Shown here piece after piece: positions 10,649-19,668 of a stretch of DNA of 64,000 bases. This DNA comes from Hyphomicrobiales bacterium. Its GTDB lineage: Bacteria > Pseudomonadota > Alphaproteobacteria > Rhizobiales > JAKPQE01. The translations under genes were made by a program, and so were the position numbers. The stretch lies in the NCBI GenBank assembly GCA_041397845.1, contig JAWKVW010000009.1:26906-90905 (forward strand). Reading direction: 5' to 3'. Each line of letters starts with the position of its first letter. Positions within the stretch are counted from its first letter, which is position 1. The notes beneath the pieces were generated by a model. That model searched no databases, was not told the origin of the DNA, and worked only from the letters and a program-made list of their open reading frames with translations.

Positions 10649-11576
10649 CGACGATCTGGCCGGGACGGAGGGACAGGGACTTGTCGTCGGGCCGTGCCTC
10701 GACGAGATAGACGAGTTTCTGGCGCCGCTCGACCGAGTAGATCACCGGCGGGGTGAATTCGGGGTCGGGCGAGACGTAGCTGATGCTGGCGGAAAGGCCC
10801 TCGGCGCAGCCGTCGCAGGCGACGGCGACGCGGCGGCCCGGGCGCATTTCGGCGATCGCCTCCTCGGGCACGTAGAAGCGCAGCTTCACCGCGCCATCGG
10901 GCAGGAAGGAAATCACCGGGGCGGTCGGCCCGGCGGTGTCGCCGGCATGGCGCAGCACGTCCTCGACGAGGCCGGCGGCCGGAGCCTGGAGCCGGCGCTG
11001 GTCGAGCTGCCAGCGGGCGGTGGCCAGGGCGGCTTCGGCCTGGGCCAGACGCTGGCCGGCGGCGGCGAGCTCCTCGTCGCGGGCCGGCAGGCGGGCGACG
11101 GCGAGGTTCGCCTCGATCTCCTTGACCCTGGCGAGGGCGACGTCGCGGGCGGATTCGGCCTGGTCGAGCTCGGCCTGCGAGGCGACGCCGCGGGCGCGCA
11201 ATTGCTGGCGGCGCTCGAGCGTCTGGGCGGCTTCCCTCGATTGCGACTCGGCGGAACGGAGCGAGGCCTCGATGGCGGCGATCTCCTCCGGCCGCTTGCC
11301 GGAATTCAGGTTGGCGACGACGGCGCGGGCCTCGGCGGCAACGGCCTCGGCCTGGCGCACGGCGAGTTCGGCATCCTCGGTCTCGACACGGGCGAGCAGG
11401 GCGCCGGCGGCGACATGCTCGCCGCGGCGCACGCCGATCTCGGTGACGCGGGCAACGGACAACGGCGCGATCGCGGTGTAGTCGCCCTCGACATAGCCGC
11501 CGAAGGCCGCGCCATCGAGGCCGGAACAGAAGGGCAAGGCGCTCAGGAAGGCCAGCGAGCAGATCGTTTCCAGCAT
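10626..11576 (-). CDS. HlyD-family membrane fusion protein
   Basis: 316 aa. It has an N-terminal anchor, a long coiled-coil (AELAVRQAEAVAAEARAVVANL...) and a C-terminal beta-domain. It is the first structural gene of the efflux operon. Confidence 0.8.
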   Translation of the reverse strand: MLETICSLAFLSALPFCSGLDGAAFGGYVEGDYTAIAPLSVARVTEIGVRRGEHVAAGALLARVETEDAELAVRQAEAVAAEARAVVANLNSGKRPEEIAAIEASLRSAESQSREAAQTLERRQQLRARGVASQAELDQAESARDVALARVKEIEANLAVARLPARDEELAAAGQRLAQAEAALATARWQLDQRRLQAPAAGLVEDVLRHAGDTAGPTAPVISFLPDGAVKLRFYVPEEAIAEMRPGRRVAVACDGCAEGLSASISYVSPDPEFTPPVIYSVERRQKLVYLVEARPDDKSLSLRPGQIVDVRPLAE

Positions 11577-11579
11577 CGG

Positions 11580-12314
11580 TCAGTCCTCGTTCGGCAACGG
11601 CTCTGCAAGCTGCAGCATCCGGCCGTTCGCGGCCGCCTCGGCGGCCAGCACATGGCGGGTATTGGCAATGACGACGGCCTCGATCTCGGCGACCTCGCGC
11701 TCGCCGACCCCGGTCCAGCCGGTGCGGCCGAGAACGGTTGCCCGGCCGATGCGAAAGACGATGACCTGGCCGACAATGGCAAAGAGGCGCAGTTGCGTCT
11801 CGCGGGTCTCGACCCCGGTGCCGGTCGCCAGCGCCCAGAGTGCGCAGAACCGGGTGTGCAGCGGCCGCATGATGCCTTCGTAGAGGATTTCGAAGACGGG
11901 CGTCGGGTCCATCTGCTCGCGCACGACAAAGCGGGCGATCCGGTCCATCGGCGCTTCGCCGAGCAGCGTCCGGATGATGCCTTTCAGCATCAGGATGACG
12001 GCGTCGGCGGCCTCCTGCGGATCGGACGCGGCGGTCTCGCCAATGCGGGCAAGGCGCGGGGCGAGGCGTTCGTTGATCCTGACGACGATATCTTCGGCGC
12101 AGGCCCGGTAGAGCCCTTCCTTGCCGCCGAAATGATAGGAAACGCCGGCGATATTGACGTCGGCGGCACTGGCGATCGCGCGGATCGAGGCGGCCTCAAA
12201 GCCGGCCGAGCCGAAAGCGTCGATGCCGGCGGCAATCAGCCGGGCGCGGGCGTCCGGGCGGCTGGTGGCGTCGCCGGGCTGGATGGTGCCGGAAGGGGCG
12301 GGTGTTGGTGTCAT
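11580..12314 (-). CDS. TetR/AcrR family transcriptional regulator
   Basis: The listed ORF (11580..12437) was trimmed to the ATG at 12314. HTH region: ARLIAAGIDAFGSAGFEAASIRAIASAADVNIAGVSYHFGGKEGLY. The stop lies 3 nt before the HlyD start. Confidence 0.8.
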   Translation of the reverse strand: MTPTPAPSGTIQPGDATSRPDARARLIAAGIDAFGSAGFEAASIRAIASAADVNIAGVSYHFGGKEGLYRACAEDIVVRINERLAPRLARIGETAASDPQEAADAVILMLKGIIRTLLGEAPMDRIARFVVREQMDPTPVFEILYEGIMRPLHTRFCALWALATGTGVETRETQLRLFAIVGQVIVFRIGRATVLGRTGWTGVGEREVAEIEAVVIANTRHVLAAEAAANGRMLQLAEPLPNED

Positions 12315-12325
12315 CAGGCTTTCAA

Positions 12326-12341
12326 TCAAACGATTGTTTGA
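12326..12341. promoter_or_regulatory. 16-bp perfect palindrome TCAAACGATTGTTTGA, candidate TetR operator
   Basis: 6-bp arms with a 4-bp spacer, 12 nt upstream of the TetR start codon. Confidence 0.35.
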
Positions 12342-12406
12342 AATATAGGGGCGCGGCGCTCTTCGGTCAAGGGTGTGTCGGGCTGGCGCGCCTTCGGGGA
12401 GGGGCG

Positions 12407-12458
12407 GCCAGTCATTGCGGCCAGTCACTGCTGCCAATCAGGGCGGCCAATCAGGGCG
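12407..12458. repeat. four tandem degenerate 13-nt repeats
   Basis: The four units are gccagtcattgcg, gccagtcactgct, gccaatcagggcg and gccaatcagggcg. They are read directly from the intergenic region between the TetR gene and the DUF2147 gene. Confidence 0.6.
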
Positions 12459-12671
12459 GTCACGGCGGGTGCTGCGACGCGGCATTCGGCAACCAATGCG
12501 GGATGGTTCCGTCATGATCGCCCGATATCAGAAAACGATAGGAAGGATTAGACTATTGTTTTATTCTAATTAGCATCCTGCCGGGACCGGCGACCGCAAG
12601 GGGACGGCGCCGCGGCCCAGAGCAGGCGGGAAGAGGCCGCAAAGGCCGGAAAAGTAGTCTCGGGAGGAAGT

Positions 12672-13031
12672 ATGTCGAAGGTTCTCATCGGTGCAGTCGC
12701 GGCTTTTGGTCTGTCGCTCACCATCGGTTCGGCGGCGCTGGCCAGCGACGCTGCCGGCAACTGGAAGCGGCCGAACGGCGACGTCGCCGCGGTTTCTGAT
12801 TGCGGCGGCAAGCTCTGCGCCAAGATCTCGTCCGGCAAGAAGCCGGGCTTCGTGATGTTCAACGGCATCGCGCCGTCCGGCAAGGACGCATGGAAGGGCG
12901 ACATGAAGCATCCGGACATGCCGGGCTTCATGACCTTCAACGGCACAGTCACGCTCAAGGGCGACAAGCTCGTGGTCAAGGGCTGCGCCGTTGGCCAGTC
13001 GATGTGCGACGCCGAGACCTGGTCCCGATAA
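12672..13031 (+). CDS. DUF2147-like secreted protein
   Basis: 119 aa with a signal peptide (MSKVLIGAVAAFGLSLTIGSAALA). The motifs GNWKRPNG...CGGKLCAKI and the C-terminal Cys pair resemble DUF2147. Confidence 0.6.
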   Translation: MSKVLIGAVAAFGLSLTIGSAALASDAAGNWKRPNGDVAAVSDCGGKLCAKISSGKKPGFVMFNGIAPSGKDAWKGDMKHPDMPGFMTFNGTVTLKGDKLVVKGCAVGQSMCDAETWSR

Positions 13032-13129
13032 GGGGCCGCAAAGCCAGCTCGAACTCTTGCCCACGGCCTGCCGGCAGGCGCGCCGTGGGTTTTTTGACAT
13101 GGTTTTTTTCATCCGGCGGAGGTGGTTCC

Positions 13130-13717
13130 ATGCGCGCGACAGTCATTGCCCTTGCCCTGTTGCTGCCGGCGGCAGCGTTTGCCGCCGAGCCGGCAGAGCA
13201 CATGCACGAACCCGGCATGGACCATGCCGCGCACATGGCGATGATGGCGGACGGCGCCGCGCCGGCCGCGATGCCGAGCGAGCCGGGGCAGAGTGCCTTT
13301 GCGGCGGTCGCCGAGATCGTTGCGCTGCTTGAGGCCGATCCGAAAACCGACTGGTCGGCGGTCAATATCGATGCGCTCCGGGCCCATCTCGCCGACATGG
13401 ACAATGTCACGCTGCATGCGGTCGCGACCGCTCGTGATATCGAGGGCGGCGCTCGGTTCGAGGTGACCGGCACGGAGGCCGTTGCCGAGTCGATCCGGCG
13501 GATGGTGCCGGCGCATGCGGCGACGATGGACGGCAGCGATGGCTGGCACTTCTCGGCCGAGGAGATTGCCGGCGGCGCGGCGATGACGGTCACCGGTGCC
13601 TCGCCCGAGGACGCGGTGAAGATCCGCGCCCTCGGCTTTTTCGGCGTCATCACGCGAGGCATGCACCATCAGGCGCATCACCTGATGATCGCGAGCGGCG
13701 GCAACCCGCACCACTGA
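13130..13717 (+). CDS. hypothetical periplasmic protein, His/Met-rich termini
   Basis: The listed ORF 12800..13717 was trimmed to the ATG at 13130, which begins a signal peptide (MRATVIALALLLPAAAFA). The His/Met-rich stretches are HMHEPGMDHAAHMAMM and HHQAHHLM...NPHH. Confidence 0.5.
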   Translation: MRATVIALALLLPAAAFAAEPAEHMHEPGMDHAAHMAMMADGAAPAAMPSEPGQSAFAAVAEIVALLEADPKTDWSAVNIDALRAHLADMDNVTLHAVATARDIEGGARFEVTGTEAVAESIRRMVPAHAATMDGSDGWHFSAEEIAGGAAMTVTGASPEDAVKIRALGFFGVITRGMHHQAHHLMIASGGNPHH

Positions 13718-13739
13718 CGGGCTGACATCGGCGAACGCA

Positions 13740-14276
13740 TCAGGCGGCGCCGATGACCTCGCCGCGGGCGGGATAGTCGTTCTTGATGACGAAATCGATC
13801 GCCTGCACCATCTCGGCGAAATGCGGACGGCTGAACGGCATGGACTGGACGGAGAGCCAGTAGATCGTGCGGTCGGGCCGGATGAGGAAGACGCCGGGCT
13901 CGGAGAAGAGCGCCGGTTCCTCGATGCCGATCGACGTCATGCCGCGCGATGCCGAAACATAGAGGCCCCACTCGCGGGCCCTGGCGAGATCAAGGCCGTA
14001 GCCGAAACGAAGGCTCGAGGCGCCGATCTTCTGCGCCATCAGGCGCGCCCGTTCCTCGCCGTCGGAACTGATGGCGATGGTCGTGACGCCGCGCTTTTTA
14101 AATTCCGGCGTCAGGCGTTCCAGCTCCTTCAGATAGGTGGCGCAGACCGGGCAGTGCAGGCCACGATAAAAGCAGACGAGAATGAAGGTTTCGGCGACCT
14201 CGCCGGCGAGGTCGAAGCGGCCGTTGTCGAGGGTCTCGACGGCGAGCGCGGGGGCAGGCTGGCGGGGTACGAGCAT
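13740..14276 (-). CDS. peroxiredoxin-like (AhpC/TSA / redoxin family) protein
   Basis: The ORF was trimmed to the ATG at 14276. It has a thioredoxin-fold CxxC motif (FYRGLHCPVCATYLKEL). Confidence 0.75.
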   Translation of the reverse strand: MLVPRQPAPALAVETLDNGRFDLAGEVAETFILVCFYRGLHCPVCATYLKELERLTPEFKKRGVTTIAISSDGEERARLMAQKIGASSLRFGYGLDLARAREWGLYVSASRGMTSIGIEEPALFSEPGVFLIRPDRTIYWLSVQSMPFSRPHFAEMVQAIDFVIKNDYPARGEVIGAA

Positions 14277-14314
14277 CGGGCGATCCCTGGTGTTGCGGCA
14301 ACCTTGGTGCCGGG

Positions 14315-15145
14315 TTGATTGGATGCCCGAGTTCTGCCATACGATTTGGCATGAATTTTCCGAAAAACATGACTGATAGTCCGGAAACGGCGAAGCGGGA
14401 TCGTCTGGCGGCGTTCTTTGCAACGTTCGAGCTGGAGGTTTCCGTCGTCCGGACGGATGAGATCGACAGGGTCGCGAACCTTGCCGTCGTCGGCGATGAC
14501 GGCCGGGCGGCGTCCGTCGTATTCGCGGCGCGGGGCGACGCGGCCTGCGGGCTCCCAGATGAAGTTCTTGCCGCGGCGCGGGTCGAGTTCGGCGGGCTCA
14601 CCAATCCGCTCGTCGGCGCGCTGCCGGAGCGGTTCGAGGTCTTGCTCGACGGGCAGCCGCTGCTGCGGCCGGTGGTCGAGGCGTTTGTTGCCGAGGCCGG
14701 CGGGACGCGGTGCGGCCGTCAGGTGGCGCTCGACCGGCTGTGCGAGGTGATTGTGCTTTTCGTGCTCCGGCAGGCAATCGATGGCGGGGCGACCGGTCCG
14801 GGCCTGCTTGCCGGGCTGTCGCATCCGATGCTGCACCGGGCGATCGTTGCCATGCATGACGAACCGGGCCGGCCGTGGCTGGTCGAGGACCTCGCGCGGA
14901 TTGCCGGCATGTCGCGGAGCCGGTTCATCGACCAGTTCCGCCTGCTGGTCGGCACGACGCCGGGCGCCTATCTCGAGCACTGGCGGCTGACGCTGGCGCG
15001 CCGCGAACTGCTGCGCGGCGGGCGCGTCAAGTCGGTGGCGCGGCTCGTCGGCTTCGGCAGCGCGGCGGCGTTCTCGCGGGCCTATTCGCGGGTCTTCGGC
15101 CATCCGCCGGCGCTGGCACGCGAACAGGAGGCAACGGCCGGCTGA
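14315..15145 (+). CDS. AraC family transcriptional regulator
   Basis: 276 aa with a C-terminal AraC-type HTH (VEDLARIAGMSRSRFIDQFRLLVGTTPGAYLEHWRL...VGFGSAAAFSRAYSRVFG). It is divergent from the peroxiredoxin gene. Confidence 0.8.
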   Translation: MIGCPSSAIRFGMNFPKNMTDSPETAKRDRLAAFFATFELEVSVVRTDEIDRVANLAVVGDDGRAASVVFAARGDAACGLPDEVLAAARVEFGGLTNPLVGALPERFEVLLDGQPLLRPVVEAFVAEAGGTRCGRQVALDRLCEVIVLFVLRQAIDGGATGPGLLAGLSHPMLHRAIVAMHDEPGRPWLVEDLARIAGMSRSRFIDQFRLLVGTTPGAYLEHWRLTLARRELLRGGRVKSVARLVGFGSAAAFSRAYSRVFGHPPALAREQEATAG

Positions 15146-15172
15146 GGCGGCATCGGTCCGGCGGCGCGGTTC

Positions 15173-18160
15173 CTAATGGGCCTCGTCCCAGTTGTCGGCG
15201 GCGCGGGCGTCGACCTTGAGGGCGACTGCGAGCTGCAGGGCCGGCTCCGGGGCCTCCTCCATGACCCTGACGACGAGCGGCAGGGTCTTGTCGACTTCCG
15301 ATTCCGGCGCCTCGAAGATCAGTTCGTCGTGCACCTGCAGCAGCATGCGCGCGGCAAGGCCGGCCTTTTCGAGGGCGGCTTCCATGCGGATCATGGCGCG
15401 GCGGATGATATCGGCGGCCGAGCCCTGGATCGGGGCGTTGATGGCGGCGCGCTCGAGGAAGGCGCGCATGTTCGGGTTCTTTGTGTTGATTTCCGGATAG
15501 TGGACGCGCCGGCCGTAGATGGTCTCGACATAGCCGTTGGCGCGGGCCTTGCGCTTGGTGTCTTCCATGTAGTCGCGGATGCCGGGGAAGCGCTCGAAGT
15601 ACTTCTCGATATAGGCGCGCGCTTCCTCGCGCGAGATGGAGAGCTGGGCGGCAAGGCCGAAGGCGGAAATGCCGTAGATGATGCCGAAATTGATCGCCTT
15701 GGCGCGGCGGCGGACCATCGGGTCCATGCCCTCGATCGGCGTGTTGAACATTTCCGAGGCGGTCATGGCGTGAATGTCGAGGCCGTCGGCGAAGGCCTCG
15801 CGAAGCTGCGGAATGTCGGCGATATGGGCAAGGACGCGCAGCTCGATCTGGCTGTAGTCGGCCGAGATCAGCTTCATGCCGGGCTCGGCGACAAAGGCCG
15901 TGCGGATCTTGCGGCCGGCCTCGGTTCGCACCGGAATGTTCTGCAGGTTCGGCTCCGACGAGGAAAGCCGGCCGGTGGTGGTCGAGGCGAGGGAATAGGA
16001 GGTGTGGACGCGACGGGTCTCGGCGTTCACATAGCCGGGAATGGCGTCGGTATAGGTCGATTTCAGCTTCGACATCTGGCGCCAGTCGAGGACGCGGGCC
16101 GGCAGGTCGTGACCCTCGGCAGCGAGCGTCTCGAGAACGTCGGCGCCGGTGCCCCAGGCGCCGGTCTTGGTCTTCTTGCCGCCGGGCAGGCTGAACTTGT
16201 CGAAGAGGATTTCGCCGAGCTGCTTGGGCGAGGCGATGTTGAAGGTCTCGCCGGCAAGCTCGTGGATCTCGGCCTCGAGCGCGGCCATGCCTTGTGCGAA
16301 TTCGCCGGACAGGCGCGACAGGATCTGGCGGTCGACCTGGATGCCGCGCCGCTCCATGCGGGCGAGCACCGGCACCAGCGGGCGCTCCAGCGTTTCATAG
16401 ACGGTATCGAGCCGTTCGGCGACGAGGCGCGGCTTCAGGGCGCGCCAGAGGCGCAGCGTGACGTCGGCGTCCTCGGCGGCGTATTCGGTCGCCTTGTCGA
16501 GGGGGACGCGGTCGAAGGTGACCTGCGCCTTGCCGGTGCCGGCGACCTCCTTGAAGGAGATCGGCTTGTGGCCGAGCCAGCGCTCGGAGAGCTCGTCCAT
16601 GCCGTTGCCGCCGCGGCCGGCGTCGAGCACATAGGAAATCAGCATGGTGTCGTCGAACGGGGCGATCTCGATGCCGTAGCGCGACAACAGCAGCCAGTCG
16701 TATTTGAGGTTCTGGCCGACCTTCAGCACGGCGCGGTTTTCAAGCAGCGGCTTCAGCGCGGCAATGGCTTCGGCAAGACCGATCTGGCCGGCGACGGGAC
16801 CGCCGCCGAGAAGGTCGTCGGCGCCTTCGCGATGGCCGAGCGGCACGTAGCAGGCCCGGCCCGGCGCGGTCGCGAGGCTGAAGCCGACGAGGTCGGCGCT
16901 CATGGCGTCAAGCGAGGTCGTCTCGGTGTCGACGGCGACGACGCCAATCCGGGTGGCTTCGACAATCCACTCGTCAAGCCGGGCAAGGCTCGTGACCGTT
17001 TCGTAGCGGCTCGTGTCGATGCTGCCGGCGGTCGCCTCGTCCTTGCGGCGCTCGACCAGCATCGCCGGGGCGAGGGCGCCCTCCGGCACGGGCGCGCCGG
17101 CAGTGCTCGCGGCGACGGGCCTGCCCGCCGCTGCCTGCTCCGTTGTGGCCTTTTCCGGCGCGGCGGGGGCCGGGTCGGCGGCCGGGCCGCCATAGCCGTC
17201 GACGCGGATATCGGCAGGCGCGATCGCCGCCGGGTCGAGATTGCTTGCCTCGGCGATACGGCGGGTGAGCGTGTTGAATTCGAGCGCCTTCAGGAAGGCG
17301 ACGAGGGTTTCGCCATTGACCGGACAGATGCCGAAATCTTCCGGATCGACCTCGACCGGGGCGTCCGTGTCGAGCTCGACGAGGCGGCGGGAGATGCGCG
17401 CCTGATCGGCGAATTCGATGAGGTTCTGGCGGCGCCTGGGCTGCTTGATCTCGCCGGCGCGGGCGAGCAGGCTTTCAAGGTCGCCATATTCGCCGATGAG
17501 CTGGGCGGCGGTCTTGACACCGATGCCGGGAACGCCGGGGACATTGTCGACCGGATCGCCGGCAAGCGCCTGCACGTCGATGACCTTCTCGGGCGGCACG
17601 CCGAACTTCTCGACAACCTCGTCCGGGCCGATACGGCGGTCCTTCATGGTGTCGAAAAGCGAGACCGTCGGGCCGACGAGCTGCATCAGGTCCTTGTCCG
17701 ACGAGATCACGGTGACCTCGGCGCCGGCCGCCGTGGCGATGCGGGTATAGGTGGCGATGAGATCGTCGGCCTCGTAGCCGACAAGCTCGACCGAGGGCAG
17801 GCCGAAGGCAACGACCGCCTTGCGGATGAGCGCGAACTGGGGCACCAGGTCTTCCGGCGGGGCGGGCCGGTTGGCCTTGTAATCCTTGTAGATTTCGTTG
17901 CGGAACGTGTCGCCCTTGGCATCGAAGATGACGGCGAAATGGGTCGGCTCGTCGCCCTCCGCCGGGGTCAGGCCCTCGCGCAGGAGCTTCCAGAGCATGT
18001 TGCAGAAGCCGGCGACGGCGCCGACGGGCAGGCCGTCGGACTTGCGCGTCAGCGGCGGCAGGGCGTGATAGGCGCGGAAGATGTACCCCGAGCCGTCGAC
18101 CAGGAAGAGGTGGTCGCCGGCCTTCAGGGGGCGCTTTTCGGGGGCGGGGGCGTTTGTCAT
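15173..18160 (-). CDS. polA: DNA polymerase I
   Basis: The listed 1131-aa ORF was trimmed to the ATG at 18160 (MTNAPAPEKRPLKAGDHLFLVDGSGYIFRAYHAL). It has 5'-nuclease, 3'-5' exonuclease and polymerase domains (SADYSQIELRVLAH, QVHDELIFE). Confidence 0.95.
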   Translation of the reverse strand: MTNAPAPEKRPLKAGDHLFLVDGSGYIFRAYHALPPLTRKSDGLPVGAVAGFCNMLWKLLREGLTPAEGDEPTHFAVIFDAKGDTFRNEIYKDYKANRPAPPEDLVPQFALIRKAVVAFGLPSVELVGYEADDLIATYTRIATAAGAEVTVISSDKDLMQLVGPTVSLFDTMKDRRIGPDEVVEKFGVPPEKVIDVQALAGDPVDNVPGVPGIGVKTAAQLIGEYGDLESLLARAGEIKQPRRRQNLIEFADQARISRRLVELDTDAPVEVDPEDFGICPVNGETLVAFLKALEFNTLTRRIAEASNLDPAAIAPADIRVDGYGGPAADPAPAAPEKATTEQAAAGRPVAASTAGAPVPEGALAPAMLVERRKDEATAGSIDTSRYETVTSLARLDEWIVEATRIGVVAVDTETTSLDAMSADLVGFSLATAPGRACYVPLGHREGADDLLGGGPVAGQIGLAEAIAALKPLLENRAVLKVGQNLKYDWLLLSRYGIEIAPFDDTMLISYVLDAGRGGNGMDELSERWLGHKPISFKEVAGTGKAQVTFDRVPLDKATEYAAEDADVTLRLWRALKPRLVAERLDTVYETLERPLVPVLARMERRGIQVDRQILSRLSGEFAQGMAALEAEIHELAGETFNIASPKQLGEILFDKFSLPGGKKTKTGAWGTGADVLETLAAEGHDLPARVLDWRQMSKLKSTYTDAIPGYVNAETRRVHTSYSLASTTTGRLSSSEPNLQNIPVRTEAGRKIRTAFVAEPGMKLISADYSQIELRVLAHIADIPQLREAFADGLDIHAMTASEMFNTPIEGMDPMVRRRAKAINFGIIYGISAFGLAAQLSISREEARAYIEKYFERFPGIRDYMEDTKRKARANGYVETIYGRRVHYPEINTKNPNMRAFLERAAINAPIQGSAADIIRRAMIRMEAALEKAGLAARMLLQVHDELIFEAPESEVDKTLPLVVRVMEEAPEPALQLAVALKVDARAADNWDEAH

Positions 18161-18275
18161 CGGCGGACTATGGCACGGACGGGCGGCGGCGGCGACCCGG
18201 CAGGCGGCCGGCCGGCGGGCTGCCCACAACATGATATGGTCGCGGCACGGGAGAGGCGAATCGCTGGACGGAGCC

Positions 18276-19564
18276 ATGCGGGAACCAATCGACTTGCTAC
18301 CTGCGCGACCGGGCCTTGCGGCGGCTTTCGCTGCTCTCGCCCCGATGCTGGTGATGCTGCTGGCAGCACTCATGGCACAGCCGGCGCTGGCCCTCGACAA
18401 GGCGGGCGTCGAGCGGCAGTTCCACGCCTGGATCGAGAGCGACGTCTGGCCGGCGGCGAAGAAGGCCGGCATTTCGCGCGCCACCTTCGCGGTCATGGAC
18501 GGAACGCAACTCGACTGGTCGCTGCCCGATCTCGTGCCGCCGGGGACAAAGCAGCCGGCGAGCGACATGCGGCAGTCGGAATTCGGCAGTCCGGGGCGCT
18601 ATTTCGACGAGAAAAAGCTGGCGCCGCTGATCAGCCTCGGGCGCGAGCGCCTTGCCAAATACAAGGACACGCTGGCGGCGGTGGAGAAGCGGTTCGGCGT
18701 GCCGGGGCCGATCGTCGTTGCCATCTGGGGCCGGGAATCAGGCTTTGGCCGGGTCAAGCTGCCGAACGAGGCGATCCGGTCGCTGGCGACGCTTGCCTTC
18801 ATGGGGGCGCGGCGCGAGGATTTCTTCGCCGAGCTGATCGCGGCGCTGAAAATCCTCGAGGCTGACCACATCACCGCCGACCGGCTGCATTCCTCCTGGG
18901 CCGGGGCGCTTGGCCAGCCGCAGTTCCTGCCCTCGAAATTCCTTGCCCATGCCATCGACTTCGACGGCGACGGGCGGCGTGACATCTGGGATTCGGTTCC
19001 CGATACGCTCGGCTCGATCGGCAACTACCCGGGTGGCAAAAGCACGGCTGGCAGGCGGGCCGCGACTGGGGTTTCGAGGCGGATGTGCCGGCGGCGGTTT
19101 CCTGCGCGCTCGAGGGGCCGGACAAGGGCCAGCCGATCGCGACCTGGGAAAAGGCCGGCGTTGCCCGCGTCGGCGGGCGGGAGTTTCCGGCAAGCGAGCG
19201 CGGACGGCAGGGGTTCCTCCTGATGCCGGCCGGCCGGTTTGGTCCGGCGTTCATCGCGACGGAGAATTTCTACGTGCTGAAGGCCTATAACGAGAGCGAT
19301 CTCTACGCGCTCTTCATCGGCCACCTTGCCGACCGGATGCGCGGCGGCAAGCCGTTCGCCGGGACCTGGGGCGAGGTCGACAAGCTCAACCGGCTGGCGG
19401 TGCGCCAGATGCAGGAACGGCTGGAAAAGCGCGGCGTCGACGTCGGCGGCGCCGACGGGCTCGTCGGTTTTCGCACCCGCGTCGCGGTCGGCGTCTGGCA
19501 GGCCGACAACGGCCTTTCGCCGACCTGCTATCCAGATTCAAGGCTGGTCGGCAAGGTGCGGTAA
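18276..19564 (+). pseudogene. lytic murein transglycosylase (MltB/SLT_2-like) with a C-terminal peptidoglycan-binding domain; reading frame broken near 19029-19034
   Basis: Signal peptide from the ATG at 18276. The catalytic region (AIWGRESGFG, WAGALGQPQFLPS) runs to ...SIGNY in one frame. The homologous continuation (GWQKHGWQAGRDWGFEADVPAAVSC... then ADGLVGFRTRVAVGVWQ) is in the -1 frame (ORF 19085..19564). The break is at a cccggg run. Confidence 0.75.
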
Positions 19565-19668
19565 TCACGCGACTTTTTTCCCGGCGCCACGATTGCTATG
19601 AAGGACCGAGGGCGGGGCCGGCAAAGGCTGGCGGGAGAACCGGCATTCGGCTGCCTTCGCCGTGGAAC

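Noticed and set aside
15176-18865. 1229-aa plus-strand ORF, the longest in the window. Similar long ORFs are at 34565..37186(-), 6609..8225(-), 31569..33437(-), 50373..52340(-), 54163..55752(-), 43545..44978(-) and 4317..5321(-).
   Set aside because: All lie antisense to genes with unmistakable conserved motifs (polA, LptF/G, surE/pcm, GT8/GT2, nifL, nifB and others). They are Arg/Gly/Ala/Asp-rich with no recognisable domains. This is the expected by-product of high G+C and scarce stop codons.
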